A stretch of 64,000 bases of DNA from IMG/VR virus record IMGVR_UViG_3300010352_000625, positions 128,001-192,000 of that record; one strand, written 5' to 3'. The stretch is from a virus. Its lineage: Duplodnaviria > Caudoviricetes. Position 1 is the stretch's first letter. Every line of letters begins with the position of its first letter. The notes under the pieces were generated by a model. It saw only the letters and a program-made list of their open reading frames with translations, was not told the DNA's origin and ran no database searches. The translations under genes were made by a program, and so were the position numbers. Below are positions 56,751-64,000 of this stretch, piece after piece.

Positions 56751-56915
56751 TTAATTTTTTGATTTATAATCTGGGCAACCAATTAATACTGCATGAGGTA
56801 GAGATTCAACTTTACATTTATTAATACAATTCTTACATTTATCTAATATCACTAGAGTTGTTGATGCTTCTATATTACTTTTTTCTTTTTTAATAATCTT
56901 TTTACGACCCAACAT
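56751..56915 (-). CDS. Small Cys-motif protein (54 aa)
   Basis: MLGRKK...CKNC..KC...GCPDY*; GGAG RBS. Confidence 0.55.
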   Translation of the reverse strand: MLGRKKIIKKEKSNIEASTTLVILDKCKNCINKCKVESLPHAVLIGCPDYKSKN

Positions 56916-56917
56916 TA

Positions 56918-57154
56918 TCACTCCATAACTGATATAAATTTACAATCTATTTTATGAGGTTTAACTGTAGATTTAAACTCAGATAAACTCATACTTTTTG
57001 AATAAGTATCAGATTCAACTATAACTTGTTTATCTAAATCCCAACTATAGGTAAATTTAAATATTACTGGACTACCATTAGATTCTCCAGCAAACCAATC
57101 GTATATTCTAGTTTTCTCTTTTTTTGTTGATTTATCATTTTTCATTATAATCAC
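56918..57154 (-). CDS. Hypothetical protein
   Basis: 78-aa ORF after a promoter. Confidence 0.55.
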   Translation of the reverse strand: MIIMKNDKSTKKEKTRIYDWFAGESNGSPVIFKFTYSWDLDKQVIVESDTYSKSMSLSEFKSTVKPHKIDCKFISVME

Positions 57155-57212
57155 CCCTAAAATTATAATTACTTGATGAGTATATTATAATACTAATTAA
57201 CCTAATTGTCAA

Positions 57213-58433
57213 CTACCCATTTGATTTAAAATTGTATACAGGCTTGATAATATTGACTACATCAACAGTATCAACGATTGACTCCTGTATCTCAGCTAAA
57301 CCTCTGTACGCCATTGGAGCCTCGTCTACAGTGTGATTATTAACTGATGTAGTGTATACATCTTTCATTGACTTAATATATTCTATCATGTTAATTGTTT
57401 CTTTTGCCTCGGTTCTTGACATAATTCTTCCAGCCCCATGTGGTGCTGAACAATTCCAATCTTCGTTGCCTTTACCTATACCAATTATTGAACCAGTAGC
57501 CATATTTATTGGTATTACTACTCTTTCACCTTTTTTAGCTGATATAGCACCTTTGCGTACTATTTTAGATTCAATATCGATATAATTATGTATTGACTCA
57601 AACTGCTCCAATACATATCCAGACAATTTAAACTCTGATATTATTTTGTTAGCTATAGCATGTCGATTACCTACTGCATATTCCTGGGCTATAGCTATAT
57701 CATGTAAATAATCATTAAAATCATCGTCAGTAATATACTTTGATTTTAAAGCTATTTTGTTATACTTAGCTTTTATTTTCTCTAATTCTGATGATATCAT
57801 TGAATAATTATTTTCTTTTTTAAGTTTATCTACAGTTTTATTTATTTCCTTAATCATTCTATCTTTCATTTTATCCATATTACCATTAATCATTATATTA
57901 TAATAATGTTTAGCAATCTGAACCCCTAAGTTTCTGGAGCCAGTATGTATAACTAAATACTTATAATTATCCTCATCAACAGCTATTTCTATAAAATGAT
58001 TACCGCCGCCTAAAGTACCTAAAGATTTTACTATTCTATCTATATTATCTATTTTATCAAAACATTTTAAATTAGACAACATTGACATAACTTTATTTTT
58101 TATTTCATTTTCAACTTTAGTATATGTTCCATTACCATTTGGTATGCAATTGCGTATAAACTCGTCTATATCATGATAATTCAATTCTATAGACTTATCT
58201 ATTTTAGTTACATTAACGCCACAACCCAAATCAACACCAACTATATTTGGGTCAATTTTATTCTCAATTTCACCAGTAAAGCCTATGACACAACCTATAC
58301 CAATATGTACATCGGGCATGATACGAACTTTCTTATCATCAAATATCCCAGTATCAAGCATGTTTTCTATCTGCTCTATTACTTTATAATCATAAGTTTT
58401 TGCAAATATTTTTACGTCATAATCTTTAAACAT
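57213..58433 (-). CDS. rtcB: RtcB RNA ligase (3'-P/2',3'-cyclic P to 5'-OH)
   Basis: MPDVH, GVDLGCG, GTLGGGNHFIE, HTGSR, HNY, RKGA, SAPHGAGR, DEAP.AY. Confidence 0.96.
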   Translation of the reverse strand: MFKDYDVKIFAKTYDYKVIEQIENMLDTGIFDDKKVRIMPDVHIGIGCVIGFTGEIENKIDPNIVGVDLGCGVNVTKIDKSIELNYHDIDEFIRNCIPNGNGTYTKVENEIKNKVMSMLSNLKCFDKIDNIDRIVKSLGTLGGGNHFIEIAVDEDNYKYLVIHTGSRNLGVQIAKHYYNIMINGNMDKMKDRMIKEINKTVDKLKKENNYSMISSELEKIKAKYNKIALKSKYITDDDFNDYLHDIAIAQEYAVGNRHAIANKIISEFKLSGYVLEQFESIHNYIDIESKIVRKGAISAKKGERVVIPINMATGSIIGIGKGNEDWNCSAPHGAGRIMSRTEAKETINMIEYIKSMKDVYTTSVNNHTVDEAPMAYRGLAEIQESIVDTVDVVNIIKPVYNFKSNG

Positions 58434-58562
58434 GTAACCACCTGTTTTCTTTCTTGAATATGACTATTATATCATACTTTTTGATTATTGTCAAATAATA
58501 ATAAAAAAATAACTGTAAACATTAAGTCTACAGTTATTTTATATGCTTACTCTAAATATACA

Positions 58563-58820
58563 TTAAATTAATTCATCTAAATCGTCAGGTTTAAAATCAT
58601 CTCCAGACTTTTCTAATTCAGCTTCCATAGCATCTAATCCTATATAATAATTAGAAAACTCATCTAGATGATCTTTAGCAATTATCTTAGCTATATTTTC
58701 GTTTTTACTATGTTCTTTTTCTACTTCTATACCTATTTTTAATTGTTCCTCATCATAATCATCATCAGGTCTAGTGTCTTCACCTTCTAGAATATACTTA
58801 TAACCATGTTTATTTTCCAA
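58563..58820 (-). CDS. DUF5661-like protein
   Basis: QLK.GIEVE.EH...AKIIAKDHL.E..NYY; C-terminal KPDDLDELI. Confidence 0.7.
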   Translation of the reverse strand: MENKHGYKYILEGEDTRPDDDYDEEQLKIGIEVEKEHSKNENIAKIIAKDHLDEFSNYYIGLDAMEAELEKSGDDFKPDDLDELI

Positions 58821-58836
58821 TTATATCACCAATCTT

Positions 58837-59844
58837 TTAAATTTTATCTCCTACAATATTACCATTATTATTAAGTTTATATCTGGGGTCATTTAATTGT
58901 CTGTCTATATTTAATTTCCTTTTTTGATTATAAACTGCATATAACAATTTATACACATCGTCACTATTATTTTCATTTAGTTTTTTACCTAACAATTCAC
59001 TTAAAGCAACTAGATTATAACTGATACCTTGTAAACAATAATAATACATATCACGATTTATATTAGATAATTTTGCAAATTTAACTGGGTCAAAATAATT
59101 ATTTGGATATTGTTTCCAATCTTTAAAATTGGTTTCTCGAATAAATTCACGATTTAATCTCTGTAAAGTTCTAAGTGTTTGTTTTCCACAATTAACAAAA
59201 CCAGTATCCATATATAAAGATGTTTGTATAAATTGCGGAAATATCATCGGTGTCTTTGAATTCATTTCTTCTGCAATATGCCAACCTTCAGCTAATATTA
59301 AATATTTAACATCGTCTGAGAAATCATTTTCTTCTGTAAAATAATATTCTAATAAATCTCGTGTAGATTTTATTTTATCAGGTTGCAATGTCATTAAAAA
59401 ATGTTCTTTTAGTGTACCAGTTAATTCCGTGATAAAATGATATGCATCAATCCATTCTTCTAATATTAATAATTTAACCATCATTATTTTTTCATCATCA
59501 GAATTTAATGGTAATTTTTCATATTTTTCATATGCATCCAATACTTCATATAATTCATCTTCCATGCCAACGTGATTATGCATATAAATATGTTGATACA
59601 TTGTATCCAATAATTCATATCCGGAGATATTATCTGTTAAATATCTTTTATTAATCATATTAATATTAAGATAATTTCTTTTCATTTCATAATGTTTTAC
59701 TGCACAATCACTAATAACATATCCTGATAAATAACTTTTTTCATCATTAACTGATATTGGTGGACATATTGCTGATATTACATTAATATCGTCTAAATAT
59801 TTCTTTACTATATCTCTATTAGTATATACTGATACTAAGCTCAT
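58837..59844 (-). CDS. Dimeric dUTPase/MazG-like protein
   Basis: EDELYE and EEWIDAYHF acidic motifs, FKDWK, K..LN..RQ..Y. Confidence 0.55.
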   Translation of the reverse strand: MSLVSVYTNRDIVKKYLDDINVISAICPPISVNDEKSYLSGYVISDCAVKHYEMKRNYLNINMINKRYLTDNISGYELLDTMYQHIYMHNHVGMEDELYEVLDAYEKYEKLPLNSDDEKIMMVKLLILEEWIDAYHFITELTGTLKEHFLMTLQPDKIKSTRDLLEYYFTEENDFSDDVKYLILAEGWHIAEEMNSKTPMIFPQFIQTSLYMDTGFVNCGKQTLRTLQRLNREFIRETNFKDWKQYPNNYFDPVKFAKLSNINRDMYYYCLQGISYNLVALSELLGKKLNENNSDDVYKLLYAVYNQKRKLNIDRQLNDPRYKLNNNGNIVGDKI

Positions 59845-61040
59845 TTCGATTTCACCTTCTTTGTAACTTTTTCATCTTTTTCTAAAGAATCTTCTTCATC
59901 ACTAAATTCATTTTCTACTTCAGATAATTTCTTTAATTCATGTTCAATATTGATTTCGCTATCTAACATTATCTTAGATACCATTGAAATATTTTTATTT
60001 ACATATTCTTCAGAATCATGTAACATTTGTTTATAATATTCTTCATCTTCCATTAATCGTAAACTAAAATCTTTTAGATAAAACTTTTTAACTTCTTTCT
60101 TAGCATCTTCTTCTGACATTCCATCAGCTATCATTTTATCAACTTCTGTCTGTAAGAAACACCAAGCACCTGATTGTCCTAATATACCAATTTCTTTTAT
60201 AAACTCACAGAATGATTTAATAATATTTTCTTTTGTGAAACCTAATGCATAGTTAAATTGTACAACTGTACTCTGAAATGGATTAAACAATCTATTCTTT
60301 GATGGTGTAGATATTTTAATGCCCTGTTCTGTTTCGTTTGGTTTAAGTTTATTAACTCTTAATATAATATCACAACTATGCATCAATGCTTTACCACCAG
60401 GCATCTTATATAAATCACCAAATCTATCTTGATTCTCTCTGGCTTGATTTATAAACACTAATCCAGTGGTTTTACATCTATGCACATAAGGTTTAATTCT
60501 TCTGAGACCTCTAGTTAATACAGCTGATTGACTACCAATTTCTTTATCAAATGCTGTACGATTCATTTCATCTGATGTAGCTGTCTGAGCAATTGAATCC
60601 CATACAATAATTAAATGTCTATCATCATTTTCTTTGATTTTATATCTACATACTCTTTCAATAATGTCAAACACTTGTTCCATATTGTCAGGCACTATAT
60701 AATTTAATTCATCTATATTAACTCCAAATTGTTTAAGTCTAGGTCTAGTGACACTACATTCTGAATCAATATAGACAATATCATAATCTTTTTTTTGTGC
60801 TATTGATATTAGATGATTAACATAACTTGTCTTGCCGCATCCCTCCGGGCCATACATACATACCATTTTACCACTTAATGGAATTCCACCTGTTAAAGGT
60901 CTACCAGATAACACGTAATTCATAGTTGGTATACCAGTATCTAAATATTCAACCTCACTTATTATTTCACTATCGATATTATCTGGGTATTCTTTTTTTA
61001 ACATTGAACTTAAATTTTTTGCCATTATATTCTGATGCAC
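59841..61040 (-). CDS. recA: RecA/UvsX recombinase
   Basis: LDTG, GPEGCGKT, YIDSE, IVWDSIA, FINQ.R, PGGKAL, KNR..PF. Confidence 0.92.
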   Translation of the reverse strand: MHQNIMAKNLSSMLKKEYPDNIDSEIISEVEYLDTGIPTMNYVLSGRPLTGGIPLSGKMVCMYGPEGCGKTSYVNHLISIAQKKDYDIVYIDSECSVTRPRLKQFGVNIDELNYIVPDNMEQVFDIIERVCRYKIKENDDRHLIIVWDSIAQTATSDEMNRTAFDKEIGSQSAVLTRGLRRIKPYVHRCKTTGLVFINQARENQDRFGDLYKMPGGKALMHSCDIILRVNKLKPNETEQGIKISTPSKNRLFNPFQSTVVQFNYALGFTKENIIKSFCEFIKEIGILGQSGAWCFLQTEVDKMIADGMSEEDAKKEVKKFYLKDFSLRLMEDEEYYKQMLHDSEEYVNKNISMVSKIMLDSEINIEHELKKLSEVENEFSDEEDSLEKDEKVTKKVKSK

Positions 61041-61158
61041 TCCTTATATTTTTAGTTCTATTTAATGTATATATTATATCATGAAGTAAACATCTTGTCA
61101 ACATGTAATTTAATATCATCAATAAGAAAATTAAGAATGTAATTATAGTGGGGAAGAG

Positions 61159-61950
61159 GTGCTACTGCATATGGATTTATGGAACCTACTTACCAAGATA
61201 TTAGGTAAGAAATTGTCTGATGGTAAAAATTATCTAATAATGCTAATAGTTTTAGTAGTTATAAGTTTAAATTTATTAGGTTTTGATATTGCTAAATTAT
61301 CAAACACACCATATATAATTATAATATTGTTTTTACTTAATTACATTATTAATATATTAACAGATACATATACAATGAATAAATTAAGTGATATACAAAG
61401 ATCCTTAGATGAAAACAATGAAATAATTGAGTTAATAGAAAATAATATAGAAAAAACTGATATAATTAATGCTAATATTAATAAAATAAAAGAAAATAAT
61501 ACTGAATTAGCAATTAAAATAAAAGATGTATTAGTTGAAGTAAGTGGTAAACCTAGTCTACCAACAATATTAATTATAACAAAAGCTGATACTAGAACCT
61601 TATTACATGACTTATTTAATGAATGTTTAAATTATACTTTAATTTGTAATGAAAATAATGTTAATATTGCCAATGAAAATTTAAAAAATAATTTAGAAGA
61701 ATATATAAACGATTACTTAAATACTATGCATAGAACTCTGAGTATATATGATAACAAAGAATTATTAACAAGTGAATTAAAAAACAAATTAAACAGTGTA
61801 ATTGAAATCATTTTAAAAGAGATTCAAACAAATAAAAATGTCAATGAAAAATTGTATATACTATCAGTTATATTAAAAAATAATAAGATTGAAATAGACC
61901 AAATGATAACTGATTATTTAAGAACTATGCAAACAAAATACATTGATTAA
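61159..61950 (+). CDS. Membrane protein, 2 TM plus coiled coil
   Basis: Two N-terminal hydrophobic helices followed by a heptad-rich region. Confidence 0.65.
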   Translation: MLLHMDLWNLLTKILGKKLSDGKNYLIMLIVLVVISLNLLGFDIAKLSNTPYIIIILFLLNYIINILTDTYTMNKLSDIQRSLDENNEIIELIENNIEKTDIINANINKIKENNTELAIKIKDVLVEVSGKPSLPTILIITKADTRTLLHDLFNECLNYTLICNENNVNIANENLKNNLEEYINDYLNTMHRTLSIYDNKELLTSELKNKLNSVIEIILKEIQTNKNVNEKLYILSVILKNNKIEIDQMITDYLRTMQTKYID

Positions 61951-61969
61951 AGAAGGGTAGTTAATTTGA

Positions 61970-63460
61970 ATGTACACTTTTATTGATGTTTTAAAAATTG
62001 AAAATATAGTTATATTAACTTTATTAACTCTAACTATGATTTATTTATTATTATCATTAATCAAAAATTATCAATGTAAATATAAAATAATCATAGATAA
62101 ATTATTAGAGTTACCAATACCACTATGCATAATTAATCTGTCTAATAATAAAATAGTAGACGGTAATCAACCACTTAAAGATATTTTCAATATTAATAAA
62201 ATTAAAAACACTGATATATCTGGGTTGAATATATTTAGTAAATTTGAAACTTATCTAGACATTAAAAACATATGTAAACATAGTGAAAGTAAAAATCATT
62301 CTAGAATAATATCGATAGATAATAATAATAGTAGATTATTTTTTAGAGTTGATTTTACTTATATTACTATAGGGTATAAGAAATTTATGTTATTAACTTT
62401 AATTAATAACACAGATATGATTAATTATATTAAAAAATTAGGTGTATTAGCTAATGTTGTTGATAAATCATCTGAAGGTATTATTATTTCAAGATATGAG
62501 AATGAAGCAGATGAGTATCCTAAAATTTTATATGCTAACAGTACATTAAAAGATATTACTGGTTATAATGCAGATGAAGCAATAAATAAATCTATATCAG
62601 TATTGTTTGAAACTAATATAGATGAAAATACACTTATACAATTAAAAACAAATTTAAGAGAATTAAAGCCAACAACTTTAGAATATCAATATACAAAAAA
62701 GAATGGTCAAATTTGTTGGATAATTTCTGAAATAGTACCAATAACAAAAAGAAATATTTTTAGTTCTTTAGTGTGTTTAGATGATAATAGATGTCTAGAT
62801 AATTTATATGAAGATGATATATCAGACATAGATATTTACATTACACTATATCAAAAAGACATCACAATAATGAAAGATATGGGTTCTATACCTAAAGTAT
62901 ATTCTGAAAAATTAATTAACATGTTAAAATGCAAAGAAACATATGTTGAAATGATAGGTAGTATATTAAATTTATATAATGAATATTTTAAATATATTCC
63001 AACTAGTAGAGACGATGTTTTAGAAATGTTAACTCCTCTTTTAGGTAAAGCTTTAAATTCAGATAGATGTTATATATCCAGCATTTATGATAAAGATGAT
63101 AAAAAATATATACATAATTTAAGTGTTTGGTATAAAGATGAAAACATGAAAAATAAATTAGAGAGTAATTTTAAATTAATGGATAACACTACATTTGAAG
63201 ATATATCAGCATATCAGACTTATTCTCATATGATATCAAATAAAGTTTATAAACTCAATACAAAAAAGATAAAAGTAGGTAGTTCTTTACAATTACTCGA
63301 AGCAAATGGGATTAAATCCAGTTTAAGATGTCCTATATATAAAGATAATAATTTAATTGGTATGATAAGTGCAGATGATTTTAATGATAATAACAGAGAA
63401 TGGAATAATTCGGAAAAGTTAATTAGAACAGTAGCAGATAATATAACTAACATAATTTAG
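61970..63460 (+). CDS. Membrane-anchored PAS-PAS-GAF protein without output domain
   Basis: N-terminal TM; ILYAN...ITGY..DE.I; KKNG...W; GAF SSLRCPI...LIGMI..D...REW. Confidence 0.75.
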   Translation: MYTFIDVLKIENIVILTLLTLTMIYLLLSLIKNYQCKYKIIIDKLLELPIPLCIINLSNNKIVDGNQPLKDIFNINKIKNTDISGLNIFSKFETYLDIKNICKHSESKNHSRIISIDNNNSRLFFRVDFTYITIGYKKFMLLTLINNTDMINYIKKLGVLANVVDKSSEGIIISRYENEADEYPKILYANSTLKDITGYNADEAINKSISVLFETNIDENTLIQLKTNLRELKPTTLEYQYTKKNGQICWIISEIVPITKRNIFSSLVCLDDNRCLDNLYEDDISDIDIYITLYQKDITIMKDMGSIPKVYSEKLINMLKCKETYVEMIGSILNLYNEYFKYIPTSRDDVLEMLTPLLGKALNSDRCYISSIYDKDDKKYIHNLSVWYKDENMKNKLESNFKLMDNTTFEDISAYQTYSHMISNKVYKLNTKKIKVGSSLQLLEANGIKSSLRCPIYKDNNLIGMISADDFNDNNREWNNSEKLIRTVADNITNII

Positions 63461-63472
63461 CAGTTTGTGTAA

Positions 63473-63511
63473 TAAAAAGAGATATTCTAATTAATAGATA
63501 TCTCTTTTTTT
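63473..63511 (+). terminator. Intrinsic terminator
   Basis: AAAAAGAGATAT...ATATCTCTTTTTT. Confidence 0.75.
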
Positions 63512-64000
63512 GTAATATATTAAACATTATTTAAAATCGTTGCTTATAGCAACGATTAATTGATGCAAAGCATCAATTTTCTATATATTAGAATGTATTG
63601 ACCCACTCTCTTAAACTCAACTTTATTTATCTTATATTATATATTTTCAAATCTTTTTATATTTCTATAAACTTTATAAATTTATATTTTTATTATTGAT
63701 CTAACTGATCTTTAATTTATCAACTTTTAAAATTTTCATAAAACAATCGGTGAACAAAAGTAATCAAAATTAAGTCTAGGGACTCATTTTTAATAGAATC
63801 TCTAGACTTAGTTATATTATATATATTTTAATTCAGTAATAAATCTTACTGCTTTTGTTCGAACTCAGTAATATATTTTTCTAGTTCATTTTTTAATTTA
63901 ATATTTTCTTCTTCTAACTCTTTATTTCTTTGCATCAATTCACAATCAGAGCATAAATCTACTAAATTAAAAAACATTTATTTAATCCCCAATCTTCACC

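Noticed and set aside
56751-56915. TTGGGTCG motif resembling another Y-RNA unit near rtcB
   Set aside because: It is the start of a plausible 54-aa Cys-motif ORF with an RBS, and it lacks the paired upper stem
3681-63453. Numerous other short ORFs antisense to, or nested in, well-supported genes (for example 3681, 4035, 11381, 24661, 47450, 52463, 63247)
   Set aside because: No RBS or motifs; typical shadow frames
1-64000. Genome-wide stop-codon reassignment
   Set aside because: Long conserved genes are intact under code 11, and TAG and TGA terminate genes such as rtcB and recA at their expected ends

Overview
A 64-kb, AT-rich segment of a large (jumbo-type) bacteriophage genome. Almost all genes are on the minus strand and are driven by many repeated sigma70/sigmaA-type promoters with an extended -10. 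No structural genes are visible. DNA functions: SNF2/HARP helicase, ATP-dependent DNA ligase, RecA/UvsX, seven DNA-methyltransferase ORFs and an ArdA-like anti-restriction protein. RNA functions are unusually rich: about 26 tRNA or tRNA-like genes, tmRNA, RtcB, a DRB0094-type RNA ligase, an RlaP-like and a second nucleotidyltransferase, a HAD phosphatase and two calcineurin-like phosphoesterases. The most striking locus is a Ro60/TROVE gene preceded by a 1.4-kb non-coding array. It holds four divergent Y-RNA-like genes and two copies of an unrecognised doubly pseudoknotted RNA with compensatory changes; a fifth Y-like/tRNA chimera lies 19 kb away. Other notable items: a raiA-motif-like RNA in the tRNA cluster; an IS200/IS605 tnpB element with five miniature derivatives (one inside tRNA-His, one inside tmRNA); systematic replacement of the G19-C56 tRNA elbow pair; a D-armless tRNA-Arg; and a protein family sharing an N-terminal 'KPxDLD' motif, including a modular polyprotein with repeated 'EESNIIDND' linkers. 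All calls were made by eye; no database searches were run.
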